Positions 1 to 10,642 of a stretch of DNA of 64,000 nucleotides are shown piece by piece (the stretch's first letter is position 1; each line of letters starts with the position of its first letter). Both the position numbers and the translations under genes were made by a program. Under the pieces are notes generated by a model. The model ran no database searches, was not told the origin of the DNA, and saw only the letters and a program-made list of their open reading frames with translations. The stretch is from the NCBI RefSeq assembly GCF_006345805.1, contig NC_043001.1:131440001-131504000 (forward strand). The letters are read 5' to 3'. This stretch comes from Octopus sinensis (Eukaryota).

Positions 1-1626
1 TGGAATCATACTTGTCCCTTGTACAGATTTTTATTTTAATCTGCTCCGAACATCACTAAATTATAAGGTTAAACTACATTTTTACTGATATATGTAGCTA
101 TAATTATGAGTTATATCTACACATCTATATTTGAAAGCAATTTAATTGAATCATTTTGAATTTTCTCAATTTTTTTGTTTCGTTTTTAATGACTTTGCAT
201 ATTTAAGTGTCATGTATTTATAAATTTACAAATAAGCAATAATTTTTGTTTGTTCGTTTATACTAAGTTGTTTAGAAATTCTTCAAAAAAACCTGTTTTT
301 TTTTGGGACATTTCATGATTTCTTTTTTCTTTTTAAATAACAGAATAGAATCAAAACTATTTTTATATATTTTTTAAAATAATAAACCTATTAAACTGAG
401 GATTTAAAATAATTTAATTTTTACTTCTAAATTTCACTTAGGTGGTAGGTTGGAAGAATCATTAGAGTGCCTTACAATATTTAATTAAAGACCTTTTTAT
501 TCTGAGTTTAAATACTGCTGAGATCAGCTTTTAACCTTCTGAGGTTGTTAAAATAAAGTACAAATAATGTACTAGGATCACTATAATCAATTGAACCCTC
601 ACACACACACAAAAAATAGAAACAAAGCGAAAAACATACAGTATTTTAAAGAATGTATGAATGAAAAGTAGATTTAGCAAGCTACATTGCAGGCTACCCA
701 TCTTGAAAGGCAGTATCTCTGAATAAGAATTGATACAGGGTACCAAAGACTCTTTAGTCCTCTTGCATGGGAGAACTTATGCTGTTGATGTTACCATAAG
801 ATTCTCCCAGTGTTTTTTGTAAGGTGGCCAGTGATGTGTAGGGCATCCAACCACAAATACTATGCCAAAGATGGTATGTAGGAGTGAAACATGGATTTTG
901 CAACTCATGTCTCTGGTTGCTTGTTTAGTAGGACATTAACTCTGAAAAAGACTTTGTGCAGGTTTGAAGGAACCCTTTAGTGCACTAACATGAAAAGAAA
1001 CAGTTCTAGTTAGTGGGGGAGATAAAATATATGTTGTAAGACTTATGCAATAATAAAGTTGTCTGGTTTTCTTTATTGCTGTGTGAGCAAACTGACAGGA
1101 ACTGTAAGGAGTGTTAAGACCCATCCAACTGATACAAGCACAGAAAATGGATGTGAATGACAGTGATGAAATATTGTACTCATACAAAACTACACATTTG
1201 TAGTGGTGGAGTATAGTTGACTGAATAGATTTTATAAGCACTGGAAGGACGATAAACAAAGTAGGTTATGGAAAATTTGAAACAGCGATGATAATGATGA
1301 TTTCTTTGTAATAACAATTTTAGTAATAAAACAACTTCATATCCAAAATTGTTTAAACCAACAAAAGAACAATAAACAATATTTTTCTTTGTCACCATGG
1401 CAATATGCAGGAAAGAGATGTATGACAGACAGCTTGTCTGAGCAGCTTGTTGCTAAATTCCTGATGATTTGAATTTAAATTTATTGTTGCAGAGATCTCA
1501 GTTTCCAAGTGACTTTGGATGGTGTTGTAGTTGTTGTTATTGTTGCTGCCACACTTTTCTGCATGGTCTTTGCCAACTACATCAAGCAAATAAAACATGT
1601 CAATAAAACAATGGTCAATTATGCAG

Positions 1627-1692
1627 CATCTATGCCACTGACAGGAGTGGACCGAAGCTTTGTCTTAGCGCTATGTATTTTAGATGGAAATG
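1627..1692 (+). CDS. Weak candidate internal coding exon (phase 1-1), SMPLTGVDRSFVLALCILDGN
   Basis: Bounded by attatgcag| and AATG|gttagc; open frame; exit phase matches the 4091 candidate exon. Weak polypyrimidine tract, no homology recognised. Confidence 0.2.
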
Positions 1693-2304
1693 GTTAGCGA
1701 TAATGGTTGTGGTGATAGTTGTGGAGATTCAAAATATGGTTGAAATTGAGGAAGAAATACAGAAAGTGTTCATGGTTCATTATTCCCCTACTATTCCTTC
1801 CTCTTTATAATATCTAGTTTATTTACACTTGGATATAAATAATTTCTACTAATCATATTAATAGTTATGTGAATACGTCTATCATTTTTTAATCTTTCAG
1901 TCACACTTACCACTCAATTCCATAAGATGGTTTGGACTATGTTTTGAGATTCTTGTTGCTATGCTAAAATGTCCTAAGGTAGCAAATTTCAATCCACAAC
2001 TATTAGATTCTAACTACCTTAGCAAGAAACTATGATGAGTTCTTGATGTTAGGTTATTGTGCCTGGCTGTAGAAAAACAGTTGCATCAGCAGTTTGTATG
2101 TAAATGTTTGAATTTTTTCAATCCTTTCAACCAAAACAAATGTTCAGAAAAAAATGTGATCCATTGCTACAGGCAACAGTTATATGTAGTTGTCATTATA
2201 AATGGAAGAGCCATTAGCATGCTGGACAGATTGCTAGGTGGCATTTTGTTGGTTTTTATGTTCTGTGTTCAAATTCTGCTGAAGTCAACTTTGCCTTACA
2301 TTCT

Positions 2305-2305
<1 letters not shown>

Positions 2306-2336
<31 letters not shown>

Positions 2337-2515
2337 TTAGCGTCCGCTTTCCATGCTAGCATGGGTTGGACGGTTCAACTGGGGTCTGTGAAGCCAGAAG
2401 GCTGCATCAGGCCCAGTCTGATCTGGCAGTGTTTCTACGGCTGGATGCCCTTCCTAACGCCAACCACTCCATGAGTGTAGTGGGTGCTTTTTACGTGCCA
2501 CCCGCACAGGTGCCA
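2306..2515 (-). mobile_element. SINE-like repeat, family A, (GAT)n-tailed 3' portion
   Basis: Near-identical to copies at 12216, 16137, 26641 and 36346 (gtggttggcgttaggaagggcatccagc...ccgtccaacccatgctagcatggaaa); (CAT)n tail on the left. Confidence 0.85.
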
Positions 2516-2736
2516 AGGTCAATAAAATATGTACCATTTGTTGATGTAATTGTTGCTCTTGGGTCACACCCACAACCCATAAAATTTTGCTGGCCTTGTG
2601 CCCAAATTAGAAAGAACTATCAATGATGGTATATTCAGTGGTTTTAGCTCTAATGCTTAGGTGTTGATGTGTTTTAGAAGTGGTGGTGGTAGCAGAGGTT
2701 GGGATTGTGATGATGATTATGTTAAGGATGAGTATT

Positions 2737-3122
2737 GGAAGCACTCCGTCGGTTACGACGACGAGGGTTCCGGTTGATCCGAATCAACGGAACAGCCTGC
2801 TCGTGAAATTAACGTGTAAGTGGCTGAGCACTCCACAGACACGTGTACCCTTAACGTAGTTCTCGGGGATATTCAGCGTGACACAGAGAGTGACAAGGCC
2901 GCCCATTGAAATACAGGTACAACAGAAACAGGAAGTAAGAGTGAGAAAAAGTTGTGGTGAAAGAGTACAGCAGGGATCACCACCATCCCCTGCCGGAGCC
3001 TCGTGGAGCTTTTTTAGGTGTTTTCGCTCAATAAACACTCACAACGCCCGGTCTGGGAATCGAAACCGCGATCCTACGACTGCGAGTCCGCTGCCCTAAC
3101 CACTGGGCCATTGCGCCTCCAC
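2737..3122 (-). mobile_element. Full-length tRNA-derived SINE (octopus OR1-like) with 13-bp TSD
   Basis: Minus strand starts ggaggcgcaatggcccagtggttagggcagcggactcgcagtcgtaggatcgcggtttcgattccc (pol III A/B boxes); direct repeat aaggatgagtatt at 2724-2736 and 3123-3135. Family name from recall. Confidence 0.85.
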
Positions 3123-4090
3123 AAGGATGAGTATTACACTGATTCTAATTGTGGTTGTAAGGATGATGATGGAGGTAACTGAAGCAGAAGAGGAAAAACA
3201 GAAAATGTTTAAGTTTCACTAATCTTTCCCTCTCCTACACACTTTTATTCATTTACTCTTGGAAAATAAATACTTTTCTTTCAATTAATCATATCATCAA
3301 TGATGGTATTGTTGGTGGTGTTGGTGTTGGTAGTGGTGTTGTATATATAATTAAATCGCTTCCAAGTGGAACCGAATACAGCTGAGGTAGTTGAGAGGTT
3401 AGGTATGTGATAGTGTTTGGATATGATTAGGAAAAAAGAAGCTGCAAAACAGTTTTGTTGCCATAAATCTACCATCCAGATAAGGGAATGGTAGTTTGGA
3501 CAGGGATTTATTTACTTTTTTTTATTTATTTATTTATTTATTTATTTTATTTCCTGCTAACTCTAAAAACCTTGGTGAAGGGAAACCAACAAAAATCTTA
3601 TCTGATAAATAATACACAGAGATATTTGATGTATATTATTTAGATGAATCAATCTGAAATGACCAGAGGAGTAAGGTTTTTTATTATTTATCTCTCTTTT
3701 TTAACATGTCAGACTGGTGTAATCAGAGATTTGATTTCAAAATGGAGAAGGTGGAAGATGATTTTTTCTTATATTTTATGTGTGACATTTTTAACATCAA
3801 AACTACCTTTTTTTGTTGTTGTTGTTATTGTTGTTGCACTTTTTTTCACTTTGGTCTTTCCCTATCATTTGTAAGTAAACTAATGAGGGTGGCTTAAGTT
3901 GCTGTGAAACACAAGTGTGTGAGAGTAAGTTTTACCCCCCCCCCCCGCGCCACCTATGTCTCTTGCATATTCACATAACTTAGCTATCGGGTAACAATAA
4001 AATTAGAATTTACAGTCCATCTACTGCAGGATCAACTTTGCTGCCATTTAATTATTTAGTCAGCATCTTAAAACTGATTTCTTAATGCAG

Positions 4091-4227
4091 GCATAAAAAT
4101 TCAATTTTATGAGGAAAGGAAGAGAATATGTGATATCTATGCCTTTCTGAAAGGGATGACAGACAATAAATCAAAGGCATGGCTACAAGCAGAAATTGAA
4201 AGTGAACCTCAGGCTTCTCTTGTTTAA
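4091..4227 (+). CDS. Candidate terminal coding exon, (G)IKIQFYEERKRICDIYAFLKGMTDNKSKAWLQAEIESEPQASLV*
   Basis: Acceptor ctgatttcttaatgcag|, 44 open codons of ordinary protein composition ending in TAA at 4225-4227; non-repetitive sequence. No family recognised. Confidence 0.35.
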
Positions 4228-4585
4228 CAACATCTGTATCACCAGCATATGAAGAATGTCTGTACCATTGCAATTTACTGATTTCTTTTCATGAGCAGCA
4301 AGTTTCTGCCTAAACTGAATTGAAACTGAAATAGTGCATGTTCATCTTTTCAGCATATATATATATATATATATATAGAAAATAGTAAAAAGTGAAAAAA
4401 CTACAGAAGGCTTGTTTTAGAAGGTTAAAAAATATATATTTGAGTCAATATGTCTGAAGGATGTTATAAATTTTTTTTCCTACAGTGACATAGTTTTTGA
4501 AGAAAGACTGGTTTCGCGTTCAGCTTTTCAAATTTCTTACATCGTTATGTTTACGTTGAGAAGAGTTATATATATATATATGCTG

Positions 4586-4624
<39 letters not shown>

Positions 4625-5491
4625 ATATTTCGGAATGGTCATATATATATCCCACCTCATCATTATCATTTAATGTCCACTTTTCCATTCTTGCATAGAT
4701 GAGATGGAATAAATAGAGAAAGATTATCTAAGGCTTGAGACCCTTCTCATGCAAACCTTCAACTGTTTCCAATCAAGTTAATAATTCCCATGGGCAGACA
4801 TGTTTTCCACACAAAACTGGAAACGAATAACATTGCTTGTATAATGGTAGTACTTGCTTGGAACCATGTTGTGATGTCTAGATAAGGGTACACACAGACA
4901 CACATGCTTGCATGCGCACAAACAAATACAGCTGGCTTCTTTCAGCTTCCATCTACCAAATCCACCCCGAAGTCTTTAGTTGACCTAGGGCTATAGTAAA
5001 AGATACTTACCCAAGGTGCCTTGCAATGGGACTGAATCTGAAACTATGAGGTTGAGAAACTGTAAGAAACTTTCACGGAATATCTATTAAAGCTTTTCAT
5101 ATATTTGTGGCTATCTGGGGAATGTTTATCAAGCCTAAGAATTTTCTATCTATGTTTTCTTAATTTTCAAGTTATAATCTTTCTAGGTCTATTTCTAAGT
5201 TTCATTATCATAAACAGCCCATTCACCAGCATAATTAAATGGTCTCTTCATTACTTGAATAGCCTGTCAATGAATGATGGACCCTATTAATTTTAGTGAG
5301 TGAATAGAAAAATGGTACTTGTAGAGTGTAAGTGAAACAGTTCACACTGGAAAATGATGTTAAATCACAGATACAATTCAACAAAATTACATCTGCCACA
5401 GTGCTTGACACCTAATTTTGATATTAAGCTTTGTTTATCTTTTTACTTAGTTCTTTTTAAAGTTTAGAATTAGAAATGGCTGTTTTTCTTT

Positions 5492-5528
<37 letters not shown>

Positions 5529-5531
<3 letters not shown>

Positions 5532-5826
5532 TAAAAACGGTAAGATAACAAAAGAAAGAAAGAGACCTCAATATTATGTAAATAGAGGAATTTATCTGTA
5601 AATGTAATATGTGACAATTATTTGGTAGCCAAGATAAAACTCTGAGTTTCGGTTGCCGAGGTGGAAATCCACACCACGATCTCTACAGTTATCCGGCCAT
5701 CGGATAGCGTTTTTCCGATGGCCGGATAACTGAAGAGATGGTGGTGTGGATTTCCACCTCAGCATCCGAAACTCAGAGTTTTATCTTGGCTACCAAATAA
5801 TTGTCACATATTAACATTTACAGATA
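5529..5826 (-). mobile_element. (TA)n-embedded Penelope-type short element with ~112-bp inverted arms
   Basis: Arms 5593-5704 and 5714-5826 are reverse complements around a 9-nt loop; unique tail 5529-5592; (TA)n on both sides; contains a hammerhead core. Confidence 0.75.
5720..5790 (+). ncRNA. Type I hammerhead ribozyme motif
   Basis: Stem I GGATAA/TTATCT, core CTGAAGA 5730-5736, imperfect stem II (GATG..CATC, GTGG..CCAC), GAAA 5768-5771, stem III ACTC/GAGT with 1-nt loop, NUH = GUU at 5778-5780. Confidence 0.65.
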
Positions 5827-6149
5827 TATATATATATATATATAACTCTAAAATAGAAATACAGTGGTTATATTTTTATACTGTTGAGCAGTATTTTACT
5901 GGTTATGGCATCTGGTAAGAATGTTACCAACAATCTCACACTAGCTATATTGATGACTCTACAGATATACTGGTTGGCATACTTGCTTCTTTTCTACTGG
6001 TGGTATAGATATAGTCCTGGTAGGTTGGTGAAAGTATGACAAACTGGAACAAAAGGGAGTAAAAAGTTATAAAACTTTCAGTAGGGAAAGAAATGCTGCT
6101 TCCCTTGGAGTGAAATCAGCTGTGTGTACACACTCGTCATTCTCTTAGG

Positions 6150-6510
6150 TCAAAAACTGGAATGACTGTCTTGTAATATGAATTTTCTTTCATGAGGACA
6201 GCAATAAAATATTTCGCTTTTTGAGTTTAGGAAAGCATCTGAATTGTGCGAATTTTTTAGAAAGGCTTTTCTCTCAGCCAAGGAAAGCTTGAAATGTCTA
6301 TTTCCATTCAGATATGGGTCAAGCTGTTCAACCAGTTTCCAATGAATTCTATACAACATTCCTTCTTCATTTAATCTTTTCATATAACTAGGTATCATTG
6401 TAACATTGCACAGCCTGATGCTCCAACATATTTCTGTACATGCTCTCCTCTACAATTGTTGTTGTTTGAAAACACTACAAACCACCTCTGTTTCATAAGT
6501 CTTAGATATA
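6150..6510 (-). pseudogene. Degenerate Penelope-like retroelement GIY-YIG endonuclease C-terminus
   Basis: YRIHWKLVEQLDPYLNGNRHFKLSLAERKAFLKNSHNSDAFLNSKSEIFYCCPHERKFIL fits the PLE pattern I.W.I.....Y......C.LCL.EK..I......LN.RSE....C.H..KF.L; upstream KYVGAS (YIG motif) lies in another frame. Confidence 0.7.
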
Positions 6511-6893
6511 GCAATAATAAAAACCAGTTGTTAGAGCTCAATGTCCTTATGTTTTATAGTAAAGTGTCAGGTGAACTCAGCGCATAATGTCAATTAATAA
6601 ATGATGAAAGGATAACAGAACAAGAGTAGCATAATCATTTTCATTAGCTTAAAGCTAATGTGGATTGGGAGAATTGTTAGAATATTAGGAAAATTGCTTT
6701 GTGGTATTTCTTTTAGTCCTTAATGTTCAAAGTTCAAACCCCATCAAGGTCAGCTTTGCCATTCATCTTTTTGAGGAGTTAATAAAATAAGATATTAGTC
6801 ATGTACTAGGATTGATAGTACCAACTAACTCCTCCCCTCAAAGTTATTGACCTTGTGCCTAAACCAAAAATTCTTCTTCTTCTTCTTCTTCTT

Positions 6894-6924
<31 letters not shown>

Positions 6925-6940
6925 TTATTATTATTATTAT

Positions 6941-7118
6941 TGAGTGAGAGAGCAGTTCATGCCATCAAAGTGACACCGGGGTAAAATATACGAAGCCCAA
7001 TATACCCATCATGACTACCCGTCTGATAAGGGTATTATTATTATTATTATCATTATTATCATTATTATTACTGTTATTGAGTGAGAGAGCAATGCATGGT
7101 ACCAAAGTGACACTAGGA
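6941..7118 (-). mobile_element. Two short 3'-end fragments of a (TAA)n-associated retroelement
   Basis: tgagtgagagagca...caaagtgacac occurs twice (6941-7034, 7078-7118), each directly after a (TTA)n run. Confidence 0.5.
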
Positions 7119-8698
7119 TATTATTATCATCATTATCATCATCATATTATGGTTGTGTTCCTATAATGTCTTCCCTCCATCTCACTTGTGGAAAATAAGG
7201 AAATGATTATTATTACTATTATGGGCAGAAATGATATTATTACTATTATGGGCTTGATGATACTTTGTTATATTTTTCCTTTTACATTCTCTGTTCAAAT
7301 CCTTGTTCATGGGGAAGATATCTACTTTTAGCCTTCCAGAGTCAATAAATTAAGTACCACTCAAGTAGTAGACTCAAATATTCTTCCAATAAAATGTGTG
7401 GACTTGTGCCTATGTTAGAAATTATTCGTAATAGTATTGTCATTTCAGCAAAAGCTGAACGTTTAAATGCTTATACCACATTGCTGACAATATCATCTGT
7501 TAATTTCCCCCAGGCATACCTTTATTTAAATGTAGTTAGGCCTTGTAGGTTAAAATCAGTTGTTTTTTAAGATTACCTAGAGTTGAAAGTGTTAAATATT
7601 GTACTCAGTAGGAATCTTTTGAGTAATTGAAAACAAAAAAATAACAGACACAAACACAAAGATATACACAAAAGAAGAAAAAAAAAGACACAAAGAAATT
7701 AAGAAAACAATTACTGTGTTTTCTTCCTTAATGCTTCATTCCATGGTCAACAGGAGACAATTAATTGCTGTTACATCAGACATAAACATTTTCACAAATT
7801 CCATTCACAAATTTTGCCTCCAGCTAGTTTAGCATCATGTTGCTTTATCCAGTTTGGTGGTTGTATATTTTGGGGATGGTGGCTGGTAATATATGGTAGT
7901 GGTTGTCATCATGGTTATGGTGGTGGTGGTGAAATTGCTGGATTCTAATGGTGGCTGTGACACAAGAGGAAGAAGTTGGGAGCTGTAGAATTTTTTACTG
8001 TGGCAGTTTAAAAATTTTTTTTTTTGCAAATAGTGATGGGAGCAACACTGATAACACATGAAAGCCATATGTGGTTTCTCAACCTGTTAGAAATAGCAGC
8101 CAAATATCCTTTAAACCTTACACAAGAACATATAGAAGAATATGGCTATATTACATAGGCTAAACTAAGACAGAATGGTCATAGTTGGAAGACCTTTGAT
8201 CATGAGTCTCCTCAATCAGGGCTGGCCTAGAGCTAAATAATGATGAAAATAATAAGCAGTGATATTCACAGTTAATAATTTGTGTTCTGTGTATATATCC
8301 TAATGACATAGTATATATAATGTTATATAAATTCTAAGCTCAATGCAATATAAATTCCGTTTCCAGCTGTAGTTAAATTTTTGTGTTGCAACCATTTTTA
8401 CACAGCACGACAAATTTATATTGGGGATTTCTATTGTTGATTGAATGGAATCTATTTTAACAAATTGCACTTAACTTATGTTATTGATATTAAAAGGAGC
8501 TAAAAAGTAAAGAAATCCCTGGCAGGAATTGAACATAATCTTTGAGAGATGAATCTATATCTTTTATCTTTTAACTTTTACCTGTTTCAGTCATTGGACT
8601 GCATTCATGCTGGGACAATGCCTTGAATGGTTTAGTCAAACAATTCAAGCTTATTTTTAAGTATGCATGCACGCACACACGCGCACACACACACACAC

Positions 8699-8741
<43 letters not shown>

Positions 8742-8903
8742 GGCTTCCATGCAGTTTCCATCTGCTAAATTCATTCATAAAGTATTAGTTGGGTAAAGTG
8801 CCATGTAGCGGGACTGAACCTGAAACCATGTGGTTGCAAATGTTATTTTAACTAAGGGATTGGGAGGTATTTTAGATTGAATCAATACACACACACACAC
8901 ACA

Positions 8904-8939
<36 letters not shown>

Positions 8940-9019
8940 TAGGTCCCGGTTGAGTCGGGGTTAACCACAGTAAATAAGGTACTCAATACATAGCAGAGTA
9001 AATTAATTTATTTTATAGG

Positions 9020-9068
9020 AGCTTCTACAGGACTAACTGTTTCATTCAAAAGAAATCATCAGGAAGCT
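9020..9068 (-). ncRNA. Type I hammerhead ribozyme (- strand of palindrome)
   Basis: The reverse complement gives the same fold with loop 3 TTAGTC (2 nt shorter); CTGATGA at 9062-9056; GUA cleavage at 9026. Confidence 0.7.
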
Positions 9069-9115
9069 TCCTGATGATTTCTTTTGAATGAAACAGTTCT
9101 AGTCCTGTAGAAGCT
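9065..9115 (+). ncRNA. Type I hammerhead ribozyme (+ strand of palindrome)
   Basis: AGCTTC-CTGATGA-TTTC(TTTT)GAAT-GAAA-CAG(TTCTAGTC)CTGT-A-GAAGCT: 6-bp stem I, 4-bp stem III, GUA cleavage after 9109; U-U at position 10.1-11.1 is non-canonical. Confidence 0.75.
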
Positions 9116-9126
9116 CCTTCTATAAA

Positions 9127-9183
<57 letters not shown>

Positions 9184-9624
9184 TCAATTGAACCAGCCAT
9201 GCTTTCCCAATCCAACTGCTGTATTTGCCTTATCTCTATAGCTTTTAACTTTGCTGTCTGATCTCCAGTTTGTGACAAAGCTTTTAATTTATTCCCTACC
9301 TCTTGTACATCATTGTTTACTGTATCTTTTACAATCCAGTTTGTTGGCTTTTACATCCACTTATTGTCATCACTTGTCTTCAAGACATTATCCTGCCCAG
9401 TTCCATTTTCCATAGTTTCATGTATTTGATAATGTTATTTACTTTCATTTGTTTTGGGATCCATTTTGCTTTAAGGCTTTCCATGTTCAATTTGTAAGCA
9501 TGTTGATCTGTTATCAGTTTGCTCATGAAGTCTTTTGTCAGATTCTATGTCCTCGGTACCACCAGAAACTGTTTGAATTATATGTTGATAGCAAAGTCAT
9601 CTTTTAAGGTTTGGAGACTGTTTG

Positions 9625-9668
<44 letters not shown>

Positions 9669-9671
<3 letters not shown>

Positions 9672-9970
9672 GTAGACAAATGAATTATCTTATTACGGAT
9701 AATTCGAAAGATAACCGATACCTGGGTAGCAACTCACAGCAGAAAAAGCACGGTTGAAGTTACGACCATAGGGCCTAAACTCCGTGCCTTAGTGCGGAAA
9801 TTTGAAGTTTAATTTAATATATTAAGTATAGGAAAGAATGGAGCTGAACGAAGATTTAACAAATTTCCTTTATTTTATTTCGACATATGTTTCGAAGTCT
9901 GCAAAATCCCTAAATCCGAATGAATAAGAAGTCCATTATGCAGCTTTCTCTTCAGGAAAATCCAGGAACT
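9669..9970 (-). mobile_element. ~300-bp (TA)n-embedded retrozyme/Penelope-type element
   Basis: CpG-retaining unique insert between two (TA)n runs with a hammerhead near its 5' end. Confidence 0.7.
9877..9960 (-). ncRNA. Type I hammerhead ribozyme with GUC site and palindromic stem III
   Basis: TTTC-CTGAAGA(9955-9949)-G AAAG CTGCA...TGCAG ACTT C-GAAA(9893-9890)-CATATGT-C(9882)-GAAA; stem III ACAT/ATGT has no loop, so it would need to dimerise. Confidence 0.75.
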
Positions 9971-10642
9971 TATATATATATATATATATATGTATGTATA
10001 TAGTTGTACCAAATCACACTGGTCTGATTGCAAATGAGTGAACGAAAGTACTTAACTCAAGGTGGAATAGAATAATATTTATTGAAACCAGAGTCTGTAT
10101 GAGTTCTTCCTTGGAGTTTTATGTTCCTATGTAAAACTAAAATTCTGAGTACAAACTCAAACAGAATAAATTTTCTCTCTCACTCATTGCCTCTCTTCCT
10201 CTTTTCCTACACACTCACACGTCTCATGCACACACACACACACACACACACACAAACAAACACACACGCACACACTCAGATATGTCTCTGTGTTTATGAG
10301 ATCCTATGACTATATATTTATATCCATAAATATATATAATGAATGAGCAATAAATTTTTTTGTTATTCTTTCAATAGATTTTTCACTATTTCTTTTTGGT
10401 TTGTAAATGCATATTCATATATCACATACATGCATTTAAACAATATTTCTTAACCTAAATTAATTAGTGACAATCTACTTTCAATTCTGTCCAGTGTATA
10501 ATCTATATTGTTCCAAGTTTTATTTTTACCTCCTTTATTTTCCCATCTCTTTCAATTCCTCACTCCCCAACAAATAATTTCTGTCTCTTACTCATTCATA
10601 CCTCAATGAAAGATCTAGTCATTATTTGGTGTGTGTGTGCAG

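Larger units (their letters stand above)
8937..9132 (-). mobile_element. (TA)n-embedded Penelope-type short element with terminal palindrome
   Basis: Flanked by (TA)n; ~9011-9125 is a near-perfect palindrome centred on AAGCTT (9064-9069); second family member at 50241-50347. Confidence 0.8.

Noticed and set aside
1461-1480. CTGATGA motif; also at 31137 and 43837
   Set aside because: No stem II, GAAA, stem III or NUH arrangement follows, so these are not hammerheads.
3050-3122. tRNA-like sequence; also the heads at 23320-23393, 35910-35990 and 58762-58830
   Set aside because: These are SINE heads attached to repeat bodies, some with TSDs; no complete cloverleaf or acceptor stem is evident.
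3644-3760. Candidate exons MNQSEMTRG and DWCNQRFDFKMEK
   Set aside because: Donors are weak or phase-incompatible with neighbouring candidates, and no homology is recognised.
4495-4570. Minus-strand CTGAACGC-GAAAC-CA-GTC next to (TA)n
   Set aside because: Lacks the G8/A9 core and stem II, and the stem I register does not fit.
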